From contig JAHFBW010000002.1 in NCBI GenBank assembly GCA_023249845.1, forward strand, positions 1-50,657: a DNA stretch of 50,657 nt, written 5' to 3'. The notes beneath the pieces were generated by a model that did not search any database, was not told the DNA's origin, and worked only from the letters and a program-made list of their open reading frames with translations. Below are positions 25,978-35,179 of this stretch, in pieces; within the stretch, counting starts at the first letter, position 1, and each line of letters starts with the position of its first letter. Source of the stretch: Candidatus Eiseniibacteriota bacterium (lineage in GTDB: Bacteria; Eisenbacteria; RBG-16-71-46). The position numbers were made by a program, and so were the translations under genes.

Positions 25978-27222
25978 CTAGATCCCGCCCTTCGCCGTAT
26001 GGATGATCCGCCCCGTCACGCCCACCGCCCAGCCGCGCAGGCCGTCCACGAACCAGACGTCGTTCAATGCCTGTGCCGTGTTCGAGATCTGCGGGCTCCA
26101 CGCCACGCCGCCGGTGAGCGTCTTGAGCACCAGCCCCGTGCCGTTCGTGCCCACCGCGTAGCCCACGTTTCCGTCCAGCATCTGGAGGCCACTCACGTGG
26201 TTCGTGGCGCCGAACGTGCCGAGCGTCCACGCGAGTGAATCCGGCGTCGCCGCGGCGACCGGGTTCACGCCCTGGAGGCCGCCCGCCCATGCCATCTCGT
26301 TCGACACGCGCCACACCGCGCGGATCGGCACGGCCGTGATCGCCGGCTGCACCAGGTACCAGCTCCGGCCGCCGTCGTGCGTGCCCGCGATGACGCCGCC
26401 TTCGCCCACCGCCCAGCCGTTCGTCGTGTCTGAGAACGACACGCTGTTGAGCTGGAACGCCGTCGGGTAGAGCTTCGTCCACGACTTGCCGCCGTCGCCC
26501 GTGCGAAGCGTCACCCCATTCGAGCCCACCGCCCAGCCGTGCGAGGTGTCCGCGAAGCACACGCCGTAGAAGTTCTCGCTCGCCGCCACGTTCGTGAGCC
26601 GCGCCCATGACCGCCCGGCGTTGCGCGTGCGCATGACGGTGCCGCCGTGGCCCACGGCGAAACCGGTCACGTCGGTCGTGAACCAGATGTCGTTCAGGTT
26701 GAACGCCGTGCTGGAGGGCTGTGCGCCCCAGGTGGCGCCCGCGTCATCCGTGTGCACGATCGTGCCCGCGTCGCCCACCGCCCAGCCGTCGCGACCGTTG
26801 GACTGGAAGAACACGCCATTCAGGTCGTTCGTCGTGCCGCTCGGCTGCGTGTACCAGCCCGGCTGCACGTACACCGCCACCGTTGCCGTGTCCGACTTGC
26901 CGCCGGCCGCGGCAATCAACAGTGCCACGCCCTCCCCCGTTGCGGTCACGTGCCCGGAGGTCGACACCGTGATTACGCGGGCGTCGCTCGAGGACCACGC
27001 GAAGCCGGCTCCCGCCACCACCACGCTGTCCGTGTCGCGCGCGACCGCCGTGAACAGCCGCTGCTGCCCCACGACGAGCGTGTCGGTGGTCGGCGTCACC
27101 GTGACCGACGAGAGTGGCGGGAGCGGCGGGCTCAGCGTGCTCGTGCCGCAGTCGCAACCGATGAAGCTCGCGATGGCGGCCAGGGCGATGACGGCGGCGA
27201 GCGACAGATGACGTCCACGCAT
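25978..27222 (-). CDS. lipoprotein with Big_2 Ig-like domain and Ycf48/BNR-like beta-propeller
   Basis: The lipobox is ASFIGC. A Big_2-like VTVTP...LVVGQ segment is followed by repeated GWAVG..G.I..T.DGG.SW blades. Confidence 0.8.
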   Translation of the reverse strand: MRGRHLSLAAVIALAAIASFIGCDCGTSTLSPPLPPLSSVTVTPTTDTLVVGQQRLFTAVARDTDSVVVAGAGFAWSSSDARVITVSTSGHVTATGEGVALLIAAAGGKSDTATVAVYVQPGWYTQPSGTTNDLNGVFFQSNGRDGWAVGDAGTIVHTDDAGATWGAQPSSTAFNLNDIWFTTDVTGFAVGHGGTVMRTRNAGRSWARLTNVAASENFYGVCFADTSHGWAVGSNGVTLRTGDGGKSWTKLYPTAFQLNSVSFSDTTNGWAVGEGGVIAGTHDGGRSWYLVQPAITAVPIRAVWRVSNEMAWAGGLQGVNPVAAATPDSLAWTLGTFGATNHVSGLQMLDGNVGYAVGTNGTGLVLKTLTGGVAWSPQISNTAQALNDVWFVDGLRGWAVGVTGRIIHTAKGGI

Positions 27223-27572
27223 GTCGGGGTCCTCGGGATCGGGGCTGCCGTTCCACGCGGGAGCGGCCCGCGTGGCTACGGGCAGCTGCGCGGTCTCTCC
27301 GGCCGTTATCGGCCGAAGCGGGTCGCCGCATGACCCTGGCGTGGGCCATCCTAGCGCTGGCCCCGGTCCGCCCCAATCGCGGCGTCCTTGCCGTTCGTCG
27401 GGGCACGCTCATCTCTCGTGGGCTGATTGCCCCCACTGGGCCACGGGGGCCTTGTCCGCGTCACGCCCGCGGCCTAATGTCCAGGCTCGCGCCTCTCGCC
27501 CGCCCGCCTCTCGGGCGCGCCGCGCGCCGCCGGCGCCCCAACGCCGGGCGAGGCCCCCGCCCCGGAGACCGC

Positions 27573-28526
27573 ATGCTTCAGGTTCGCGAAGTGAGCAAGA
27601 GCTACGACGGCCGCACCGTCGTCAACAACGTCAGCTTCGACGTGGCCGCTGGCGAGATCTTCGCCCTGCTCGGGCCCAATGGCGCCGGCAAGACCACGCT
27701 CATCCGCATGATCACGGACATCGTGCGCCCCGATTCCGGCCAGATCTCGTTCGACGGTCGCTCGGTCGCCGGGCCCAAGCGCGCGCGCACCGCGTACCTC
27801 CCGGAGGAACGCGGGCTCTACAAGAAGGTCCCGGTGTTGGACGCGCTCGCCTACTACGGCGAGTTGAAGGACATGTCGGCCGCCGACGCGCGTCGCGAGG
27901 GAATCGAGCTTCTCGAGGAGTTCGGCCTCGCGGCCTGGGCGCGCAAGCACGTCGCCACGCTGTCCAAGGGCATGCAGCAGAAGCTTCAGCTGTGCACGGC
28001 GCTCATCGGCCGGCCCGAGCTGCTCATCCTCGACGAGCCGTTCTCGGGCCTGGACCCCATCAACGTCCAGATCCTCGAGGACGTCCTGCGCCGCCGCCGC
28101 TCCGAGGGCACGACCGTGCTCCTGTCCACGCACCAGATGAACAAGGTCGAGCAGCAGTGCGACCGGGCGCTCATGATCAACCGTGGCCACATGGTGCTCT
28201 ATGGGCAGGTTGGCGAGATCCGCCGCCAGCATGCGGAGAACGAGTTCGCGCTGCACGCGGACGGCACACCACGGCGAGTGGACGGCGTGAAGTCGGTGAC
28301 CGCCGAGAACGGCCACTGGAAGGTGGCGCTCGAGCGCGGCACGCATCCAGCGACGGTGTTGAAGCTTCTGCTCGAGCAGGGCCTCGCGGTGCGCGCGTTC
28401 GTCCCCCTTGTGCCGCCGCTCGAGGACATCTTCGTGCACGTCGTCACGACGGGCGTCGGGCTTGACGCGGGCCGGAGCGGCCCTCCCACGATCGACGAGC
28501 AGGTCTCGCTCGGAGGTGAGCGATGA
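27573..28526 (+). CDS. ABC transporter ATP-binding protein (ABC-2/NatA-like)
   Basis: Walker A is GPNGAGKTT, the signature is LSKGMQQK and Walker B is LLILDEP. A GGAGA RBS precedes the start. Confidence 0.9.
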   Translation: MLQVREVSKSYDGRTVVNNVSFDVAAGEIFALLGPNGAGKTTLIRMITDIVRPDSGQISFDGRSVAGPKRARTAYLPEERGLYKKVPVLDALAYYGELKDMSAADARREGIELLEEFGLAAWARKHVATLSKGMQQKLQLCTALIGRPELLILDEPFSGLDPINVQILEDVLRRRRSEGTTVLLSTHQMNKVEQQCDRALMINRGHMVLYGQVGEIRRQHAENEFALHADGTPRRVDGVKSVTAENGHWKVALERGTHPATVLKLLLEQGLAVRAFVPLVPPLEDIFVHVVTTGVGLDAGRSGPPTIDEQVSLGGER

Positions 28527-29836
28527 GCCTGTCGCTCGGCAAGGCGCTCATCATCGCGCGTCGCGAATACCTCACGACCGTGCGTCGTAAAGCGTTCGTG
28601 TTCTCGCTGCTGCTCACCCCCGCGATCCTGTTCGTGAGCGGGTTCCTGTCCACGAAGATGGCGTCCGACGACGCGCGCAAGCGCTTCGCCGAAGCGCGGA
28701 TCGTCGCGGTGGTGGATTCCTCGGGTGCGTACAGCGACGCGGCGCTCGAGTATGACTACCAGCCGACGACCGATGCGCCGCTGAACCCGAGCCAAACGCA
28801 CCCCGCGCCGACACCGCACATCGTGCCGGTGATCCTGCGGCGCTTCGAGAGCCAGCAGGTGGCGCTCGACTCGCTCGCGAAGGGAGACGTGAAGCAGGTG
28901 CTCGTCGTGGCCGCCGACTTCGTCGAGACCGGACGGCTCAGGCTCTACGCGAACGACACGCGCGTGTTCACGAGCAGTGCAGACGACCGTCCGCTGCGCT
29001 TCTGGCTCACTCGCAGTCTGCTCGCCGGGCAGACCGACTCGACGCGCATCGAGGGCGTGCTGCGTCTCGGGCGCTCGATGGACCTCTACACGCTCGACCG
29101 CGAGGGCAAGTGGGCGGTGAAGAACGACGCGCGCGAGCTGGTTGGCTTCCTGCTGCCGTTCGCGCTCGGCTTCCTGCTGTCGATGTCCATCATCACGGGC
29201 GGGCAGTACCTGCTGCAGGGCGTGAGCGAGGAAAAGGAGTCGCGCATCCTGGAATCGCTGCTGTGCAGCGTCACGCCCGACGAACTCATGCTCGGCAAAC
29301 TGCTCGGCCTGGGCGGGGCGGGGCTGACGCTCGTGGGCGTGTGGGTCGTGGCGGGCCTCATGGCCTCGGCGGGTTTGTTGAGCGTGCTCAACGTGAGCCT
29401 GCCGCCCGCGCTGTTGCTCGCGGCATTCGCGTATTTCCTGCTCGGCTACCTGTTCTACGCCAGCATCATGACAGGCATCGGCGCCATGACGAGCAACCTG
29501 CGCGAGGCCGCGCAGCTCTCGACCGTGCTCACGCTTCTCAACTTCGTGCCGTTCTGGATGCTGGTGAAGATCCTGAATTCGCCGAACTCGGGGCTCGCCG
29601 TGGGGCTCTCCCTGTTCCCGCCCAGCGCCGCGACGACGATGATGCTGCGCATGAGTGCGGCGAGCGTCTCGGGCGCGCACATCCCGGCGTGGGAGATCGC
29701 GACGTCGCTCGGGTTGCTGGCGTTGTCCGCCATAGCCGCACTGGCCATCGGCTCGCGCATGTTCCGGCTCGGCATGCTGCTCTACGGGAAGTCGCCGAAC
29801 CTGCCCGAGATCGTGCGCATCCTGCGCCAGTCGTGA
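28523..29836 (+). CDS. ABC-2 family transporter permease (NatB-like)
   Basis: Its start overlaps the ATPase gene's stop (ATGA). It has an N-terminal TM helix, a large extracytoplasmic loop and then 5 TM helices. Confidence 0.85.
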   Translation: MSLSLGKALIIARREYLTTVRRKAFVFSLLLTPAILFVSGFLSTKMASDDARKRFAEARIVAVVDSSGAYSDAALEYDYQPTTDAPLNPSQTHPAPTPHIVPVILRRFESQQVALDSLAKGDVKQVLVVAADFVETGRLRLYANDTRVFTSSADDRPLRFWLTRSLLAGQTDSTRIEGVLRLGRSMDLYTLDREGKWAVKNDARELVGFLLPFALGFLLSMSIITGGQYLLQGVSEEKESRILESLLCSVTPDELMLGKLLGLGGAGLTLVGVWVVAGLMASAGLLSVLNVSLPPALLLAAFAYFLLGYLFYASIMTGIGAMTSNLREAAQLSTVLTLLNFVPFWMLVKILNSPNSGLAVGLSLFPPSAATTMMLRMSAASVSGAHIPAWEIATSLGLLALSAIAALAIGSRMFRLGMLLYGKSPNLPEIVRILRQS

Positions 29837-31326
29837 CGTCCTCCGGCCCCGCCGCCTCATTCGTCGAAGGCGGCGGGCCGCCGGCGGAACGTGAGCCTGC
29901 GTGGCCGCGCTGGCGCGTGTTCCCGCCCATCGCGCTCGGCGTGATCATGGCCACGCTCGACGCCAGCGTGGTGAACATCGCGCTGCCGACGCTGCAGCGG
30001 ACGCTGCACGCCGGGCTCGCCACCGTGGAGTGGGTGGCGCTCGCCTACTCGCTCGCGCTCACTGGATTCCTGCTCGCGGCCGGGCGCCTGGCCGACGCGC
30101 GAGGCCGGCGCGGTATCTACGGCGCGGGACTCCTACTGTTCGTGCTCGCGTCGCTGCTCTGCGGCCTCGCTCCCACGGTGCACACGCTCATCGCGCTCCG
30201 CGTCTTCCAAGGCGTCGCCGCGGCGCTCGTCGCCGCCAACGGCTCGGCGCTTCTCGTGCAGGCGTTCCCCGAGTCCGAGCGCGGGCGCGCGCTCGGCGCG
30301 TTCGGCGCCATGGTGGGCGTGGGACTCGCGGTGGGGCCGCCGCTCGGGGGTCTCGTCGTGGCGCATGCGTCGTGGCGCTGGATCTTCCTCGTCAACCTGC
30401 CGCTCGGGCTCCTGGCTCACGCGCTGCTCCTGCGTCGCGTGCCGCGCGACGCGCCATCCGGGCCGTCGCGAGGGGTGATCGGGCTGCCGCCGCTCCTTTG
30501 GGCCGGCGGACTCGCCGCGATGATGCTCGCGATCACGCGCGGCGCGGAGGCTGGCTGGATGAGCCCAGTCGTGATGGCACTGGCGGCCGTCGGCGCGGGG
30601 CTGCTCGCGGCGTTCGTCTCGACGCAACGCCATGCGCCGGAGCCGCTGCTGCCGTTGGACGTGGTCGCGGGCCCGCTGGGAGCCGCCGTGACGCTCACGT
30701 TCCTGGGCCAGCTGCTGAGCGTGTCAGTGGGATTCCACCTGCCGCTCGTGCTGGAGACGCTCGGCGGGTGGAGCGCCGCCCGATCCGGAGCGTGGCTCGC
30801 GGTCCTGCCCGGCGCCGCTCTGGTGTGCGCACCCATCGCGGGCCGCCTGGCCGACCGGCTGGGCCCGCGCCGGCTCACGTCCTCAGGCATGCTGCTCACG
30901 GGTGCGGGCCTGGCGCTCCTCTCGCGGCTCGACACGCGGCTCTCGGCTGCTGCACTCGCTGGGGGCATGGTGCTGGTGGGCGTGGGCCAGGGGCTCTTCG
31001 CCGTGCCCAACTCGAGCGCGCTCCTGTCGCTCGTGCCGGCCGCGCGGCTGGGCCTGGCCTCCGGGCTCCAGGGGACGACGCGGAACCTGGGCATCGCCTC
31101 GGGTGTGGCTCTGACGGGCGCGCTCGTGACCATGCGCTACCGAGCCCTGTCGGGGACGACGCTCGCGCTGGGGGGGCCCAGGCCGGTGGACCGGGAGGCG
31201 TTCCGTGCCGCAACGGAGCAGACCCTCCTGGGGTTGGCGCTGCTGGCGCTGGTTGCGGCGGGGCTCGCCTGGCGGGCGGGAGGGTCACGCCAGGCGCCTA
31301 CTGACCCCGCCCGTGATAGGATGTAA
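29833..31326 (+). CDS. MFS transporter, DHA2 (EmrB/QacA-like, 14-TMS) family
   Basis: Motifs MATLDASVVNIALP, GRLADARGRR and FQGVAAAL are present. The GTG at 29833 overlaps the permease stop (GTGA), with an alternative GTG at 29917. Confidence 0.8.
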   Translation: MTSSGPAASFVEGGGPPAEREPAWPRWRVFPPIALGVIMATLDASVVNIALPTLQRTLHAGLATVEWVALAYSLALTGFLLAAGRLADARGRRGIYGAGLLLFVLASLLCGLAPTVHTLIALRVFQGVAAALVAANGSALLVQAFPESERGRALGAFGAMVGVGLAVGPPLGGLVVAHASWRWIFLVNLPLGLLAHALLLRRVPRDAPSGPSRGVIGLPPLLWAGGLAAMMLAITRGAEAGWMSPVVMALAAVGAGLLAAFVSTQRHAPEPLLPLDVVAGPLGAAVTLTFLGQLLSVSVGFHLPLVLETLGGWSAARSGAWLAVLPGAALVCAPIAGRLADRLGPRRLTSSGMLLTGAGLALLSRLDTRLSAAALAGGMVLVGVGQGLFAVPNSSALLSLVPAARLGLASGLQGTTRNLGIASGVALTGALVTMRYRALSGTTLALGGPRPVDREAFRAATEQTLLGLALLALVAAGLAWRAGGSRQAPTDPARDRM

Positions 31327-31497
31327 CATGTTGTGCTGAAATATGATATGGAGATATTGCGTGCCGCGGGACCGATGGTCATGAAGTGGGCGGATTGCGC
31401 GGCCCGTGTCGCGTGGTTGCCCGCCCCAACCGACCCCAAGAAAACGGTTGTGCCGCGAGCGCCGTTTGTCGACAATCAGTTACACGCATAGAGCAGC

Positions 31498-31757
31498 CGG
31501 GAGACCGCAAGGAACGCTCCTTGCAATCTCCCGTGCGGAACCCGGCCGGAGAGCCGGACGTTCCTCTACGCAGCAAGAGCCCGCCTTCGGCCAGTAAAGA
31601 GTAGGACCCGAGAGGTCCCTGCCGCTGGAAGGGTCGGACACGGGAGTCGGCGACGAAGAGCTGAAGCACCCGTTCCCTCTTGCGCTCGCGGTCGGGCCCA
31701 CGGCCCCTCCGCATGACTACGGGATCGCCCGGTCCATGGCCGGGCGTTTTCGTTTGT
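31498..31757 (+). ncRNA. candidate structured RNA or leader ending in an intrinsic terminator (class unknown)
   Basis: Nested hairpins lie at 31498-31533 and 31534-31572. There is a long-range GCAAGAG/CTCTTGC pairing and a GGACC/GGTCC hairpin. The terminator is at 31726-31757. No convincing ORF is present. Confidence 0.3.
31726..31757 (+). terminator. intrinsic terminator upstream of nadE
   Basis: The hairpin CGCCCGGTC-CAT-GGCCGGGCG (31726-31746) is followed directly by TTTTCGTTTGT. Confidence 0.6.
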
Positions 31758-31887
31758 GGGCGCGGCTTTGCCGCGCCGATCGCGGTCGCGAATGATGTTA
31801 GGCGCCTGGTCGCTCCGCGGCGCGCCCTCCTCCTCCACCCCCGCCCCGCTTGCGCCCCCGCGGAGCGGCCCGCAGACTGACCGGCCC

Positions 31888-33636
31888 ATGCGCACACTCC
31901 GCATCGGCCTCGCCCAGATCAATCCCACCGTCGGGGACCTGGACGGCAACCTGGCCAGGATCCTCGAGGAGATCGAGCGCGCCCGGGCCCTGGGCGTCGA
32001 ACTGCTGGCGTTCCCCGAGATGTGCGTCCCGGGCTACCCGCCCGAGGACCTGCTCTTGAAGCCGGCTTTCATCCAGGGTTGCATCGACCGCACCCGCGAC
32101 CTCGCGGCGCACACCCGCGGCATGACCGTGATCGTGGGCACGATCGAGCGCGACGTGGACCTCTACAACTCGGCCGCCATCCTGCACGACGGCCGCTGGG
32201 TCGGAAACGCTCGCAAGCGTTACCTCCCGAACTACGGCGTGTTCGACGAGAACCGCTACTTCATGCCCGAGCGGAAGAGCGTCGTGTTCTCGCGCGCCGG
32301 CACGGTGTTCGGTGTGAACGTGTGCGAGGACATCTGGCTCGCGGGCGGGCCATCCGAGGAGCAGGTCGTGCGCGGCGGGGCCGAGGTCATCCTGAACCTG
32401 TCGGCGTCGCCCTACCATGCCGGCAAGGCCGACGAGCGCCGTCGCATGATCTCGACGCGCGCCGCGGACAACCTCGCCATCGTCTGCTACGTGAACCTGG
32501 TCGGCGGGCAGGACGAGATCGTGTTCGACGGCTCGAGCCTGATCCTGGATCAGGACGGCAACGTGATGGCCGAGGGCGCCGCGTTCGAGGAGGACCTGGT
32601 TGTGGCGGATGTGGACCTCGACGAGGTCTTCAACGCGCGGCTCCACGATCCGCGCCTGCGCAAGGAGCGCGTGCTCGACGACTCGGATCCCATGCCGCGC
32701 ATCCATCTGGACCAGTTCGCCGACACGGGGTCCGGGGGTGGCGTCGCGCTCGCGCGCCCCGCACTCGCACCGCGCGCCGAGCGCGGGCAGACCGACGACA
32801 AGGCCGAGATCTACGCCGCGCTCGTGCTGGGCGTTCGCGACTACGTGCGCAAGAACGGGTTCGAGGCCGTCGTGCTCGGGCTCTCGGGTGGTATCGACTC
32901 GGCGCTCACGGCCTGTGTCGCCGTGGACGCGCTGGGTTCGCAACACGTCGTGGGCATCGCGATGCCCTCGCCCTACACATCCGGGGCGTCACAGGCCGAC
33001 GCCGAAACACTCGCGCGTACGCTCGGGATGCGCTTCCAGACGCTCGCCATTCGCGACATCATGAACACCTACGAGCAGGTGCTCGCGCCGTCGTTCACGG
33101 GGCGCGAGCGCGACACCACCGAGGAGAATCTGCAGGCGCGCATCCGCGGCAACGCGCTGATGGCGCTGTCCAACAAGTTCGGGTGGCTGGTGCTGACGAC
33201 CGGCAACAAGAGCGAGACAAGCGTGGGTTACAGCACGCTCTACGGCGACACGGCCGGCGGGTTCGCGGTGCTGAAGGACGTCTACAAGACGCAGGTCTAC
33301 GCGCTCGCGCGCTGGCGGAACTCGCACGGGGCGGTGATTCCGGAGAACACGCTGACCCGCCCGCCTTCCGCAGAGCTCCGTCCGGGCCAGACGGACCAGG
33401 ACTCGCTGCCGCCCTACGAAACGCTGGACGCGATCCTGCGCGAATACGTCGAGGAGGACCGCTCCATCGCGGAGATCGCCCGCATGGGGCACGACGAGGC
33501 GCTGGTGCGGCGCGTGGCGCGCATGGTGGACGTGGCGGAATACAAACGGCGCCAGAGTCCGCCGGGCATCAAGATCACGCCGCGCGCGTTCGGCAAGGAC
33601 CGGAGACTGCCGATCACGAATCGCTGGCAGGGCTGA
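31888..33636 (+). CDS. nadE: glutamine-dependent NAD+ synthetase
   Basis: The N-terminal CN-hydrolase domain reads LAFPEMCVPGYPPEDL and NVCEDIW. The C-terminal PP-loop is GLSGGIDSA. Confidence 0.92.
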   Translation: MRTLRIGLAQINPTVGDLDGNLARILEEIERARALGVELLAFPEMCVPGYPPEDLLLKPAFIQGCIDRTRDLAAHTRGMTVIVGTIERDVDLYNSAAILHDGRWVGNARKRYLPNYGVFDENRYFMPERKSVVFSRAGTVFGVNVCEDIWLAGGPSEEQVVRGGAEVILNLSASPYHAGKADERRRMISTRAADNLAIVCYVNLVGGQDEIVFDGSSLILDQDGNVMAEGAAFEEDLVVADVDLDEVFNARLHDPRLRKERVLDDSDPMPRIHLDQFADTGSGGGVALARPALAPRAERGQTDDKAEIYAALVLGVRDYVRKNGFEAVVLGLSGGIDSALTACVAVDALGSQHVVGIAMPSPYTSGASQADAETLARTLGMRFQTLAIRDIMNTYEQVLAPSFTGRERDTTEENLQARIRGNALMALSNKFGWLVLTTGNKSETSVGYSTLYGDTAGGFAVLKDVYKTQVYALARWRNSHGAVIPENTLTRPPSAELRPGQTDQDSLPPYETLDAILREYVEEDRSIAEIARMGHDEALVRRVARMVDVAEYKRRQSPPGIKITPRAFGKDRRLPITNRWQG

Positions 33637-33646
33637 ATTTGTCGCC

Positions 33647-33684
33647 GGCTCCGCTCGCGATCGCGGGCTCCGCTTCGCGATCGC
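33647..33684 (+). repeat. tandem 18/19-nt direct repeat
   Basis: GGCTCCGCTCGCGATCGC (33647-33664) is followed by GGCTCCGCTTCGCGATCGC (33666-33684). Confidence 0.55.
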
Positions 33685-33688
33685 TTGC

Positions 33689-33868
33689 GCGGTCGCCACG
33701 TCAGGCGTGCGCGGCCCTTTCGCGGTCGCCACGCCAGGGGTGCGCGGCCCAGGCGAACGGTCGGCGGCGGATCCCTGCCGCCGCCTCCCTCGTCTGAAGT
33801 CGCGCCCCGCCTTCCCTGGCTCCCGCGCGACTTCAGGCGCCGCCAGGGCCGCGCACCCCTGGCGTGGC
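33689..33868. repeat. 29-nt repeat in two direct copies plus one inverted partial copy
   Basis: GCGGTCGCCACG(T/C)CAGG(C/G)GTGCGCGGCCC occurs at 33689-33717 and 33722-33750. An inverted partial copy GGGCCGCGCACCCCTGGCGTGGC lies at 33846-33868. A hairpin CTGAAGTCGCG/CGCGACTTCAG (33794-33836) sits between them. Confidence 0.55.
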
Positions 33869-33898
33869 TCCGGGTAGCGCTTGGCTTGGCGTAGCGCA

Positions 33899-33944
33899 AC
33901 GCCCCGGCGCGCTTCGTGCCGGGGCGTGTCGTTTCGGCTTCTTG
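33899..33944 (+). terminator. hairpin with T-rich tail between nadE and the convergent lipoprotein gene
   Basis: ACGCCCCGGC (33899-33908) pairs with GCCGGGGCGT (33918-33927), followed by GTCGTTTCGGCTTCTTGC. Confidence 0.45.
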
Positions 33945-34484
33945 CTACTTGGCGGCGCCTACCACGGCGATCACGGCGCCGTTCGTCACGGTGCAGTTGA
34001 ATGCGCCGTTCGCAATCACGTACAGCGCGAAATGGCCGTCGCCCTTGATCTCGTCGATCAGCGTCTGGCGCCCTTTGAACAGCCCGGACGATCCGTTCCA
34101 GTCGATGTTCCTGGTCGCGCCCGCACCCACGGACAGTGGGCCCCAGAGCTGAACGCCGTTTGCCTGCACCTGGGCCAGCGTGAGGCCCAGCAGCGTGCCG
34201 GAAGAAACGATCCACACTTCGATGTTCGCCGTGGATCCGGTGTTGTTCTTGAAGTCGCCGATCAGCGCCAGGTCCTCGACGCGCTTCAAGTCGTCCTTGT
34301 GGTCGGCGTAGTCCCCGATCGTGTTCAAGTCAACGTCCACGCCGACCAACGTGGCGCCGTTCACGACGTTGAGCGGATCCGGGAGCTGGTACGTCACCAC
34401 GAACTGCCCGGAGATGAGGAAGCACCCGGCCGCCGCCAGCGCGGACAGTACCAGGATGGGCACAGCGGTGCGAAGCGTCTTCAT
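33945..34484 (-). CDS. lipoprotein, hypothetical
   Basis: The lipobox is VLSALAAAGC. I use the ATG at 34484. An alternative GTG at 34502 would overlap the upstream stop (GTGA). Confidence 0.6.
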   Translation of the reverse strand: MKTLRTAVPILVLSALAAAGCFLISGQFVVTYQLPDPLNVVNGATLVGVDVDLNTIGDYADHKDDLKRVEDLALIGDFKNNTGSTANIEVWIVSSGTLLGLTLAQVQANGVQLWGPLSVGAGATRNIDWNGSSGLFKGRQTLIDEIKGDGHFALYVIANGAFNCTVTNGAVIAVVGAAK

Positions 34485-34498
34485 GGTCGGGGTCCCTT

Positions 34499-35038
34499 TC
34501 ACGGCAGGCTGAAGATGGAGTAGGAGGCGCCAAGCGTGATGTTCACCATCTTGCGCGCCACGTCGCCGTCGGCCGCCGCCTGCAGTTCACCGCGCAGATG
34601 CACGCCAAGTTTGGGCATGGGCGAGATCCCGAGCCCCAACCCCATGTGGTACGAGGTGAACGACTCGTCCTGGCCGGTGCGCTTGAACTTGGCGGAGCCG
34701 ATCCCGACGTAGGGGTAGAAGCTGAACGGACCCCCGAGGGTGAGCATGGCGTTCGCCCCGAACGTGGTGACATCGGAACCCTCGCGCGTCGTGCTGATGC
34801 CCGGCGCGATGTCGATGGTCTTGTCGCCGAGTCCCGACGACGAGAAGAACGGCTCCACGGTGAACAGCGGAACGAGTTTCACGGGCGCGCGGAAACCCCA
34901 CAGCGAACCCTTGTCCTGATCGTCCTGCACGATGGGCACGCTGGCGCCCGCGAAGAATCCGAGTCCGACACTGGCCGCTCGTGCGACGCCGGAGAGCAGG
35001 GCGGTCGCGGCGAGCGCGAACACGAGAACTCTCTTCAT
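34499..35038 (-). CDS. small outer-membrane beta-barrel protein (OmpW/porin-family-like)
   Basis: An AAGGAG RBS precedes the start, and the signal peptide is MKRVLVFALAATALLSGVARA. The sequence has alternating-hydrophobic beta strands and a C-terminal aromatic residue (SYSIFSLP). Confidence 0.7.
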   Translation of the reverse strand: MKRVLVFALAATALLSGVARAASVGLGFFAGASVPIVQDDQDKGSLWGFRAPVKLVPLFTVEPFFSSSGLGDKTIDIAPGISTTREGSDVTTFGANAMLTLGGPFSFYPYVGIGSAKFKRTGQDESFTSYHMGLGLGISPMPKLGVHLRGELQAAADGDVARKMVNITLGASYSIFSLP

Positions 35039-35179
35039 GGTTTGCTCCTTACTCGAGTGCATTCCAGTTAGAGGACCTGATCGGGGAGGCGAAGAGCCGG
35101 AGCCTCGCTGACCGAGAGCTCGGAATCAAGTGCGCAAACGTGGGCCCCGAGATCCAGTGGTCGGGCGCGCGGAGAACCC

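Noticed and set aside
31375-31491. A 38-codon ORF (MVMKWADCAARVAWLPAPTDPKKTVVPRAPFVDNQLHA) as a small protein or leader peptide.
   Set aside because: It has no Shine-Dalgarno, contains several rare codons (tta, aat, ttt, gtt) and has no recognisable motif. I keep it only as a remote possibility inside the structured-RNA finding.
31327-31887. RNase P RNA, tmRNA, SRP RNA or a ykkC/guanidine or NAD+ riboswitch.
   Set aside because: I could not find GGAAAGUCCGG or ACAGAAxCCGGCUUA (RNase P). There is no tRNA-like CCA end or a plausible ...LAA tag ORF (tmRNA), and no GGAA-tetraloop domain IV motif (SRP). Partial resemblances (GGACCCGAGAGGUCC and ACACGGGAG to ykkC; CAACCGACCCC to the nadA motif) are too weak to call without a covariance-model search.
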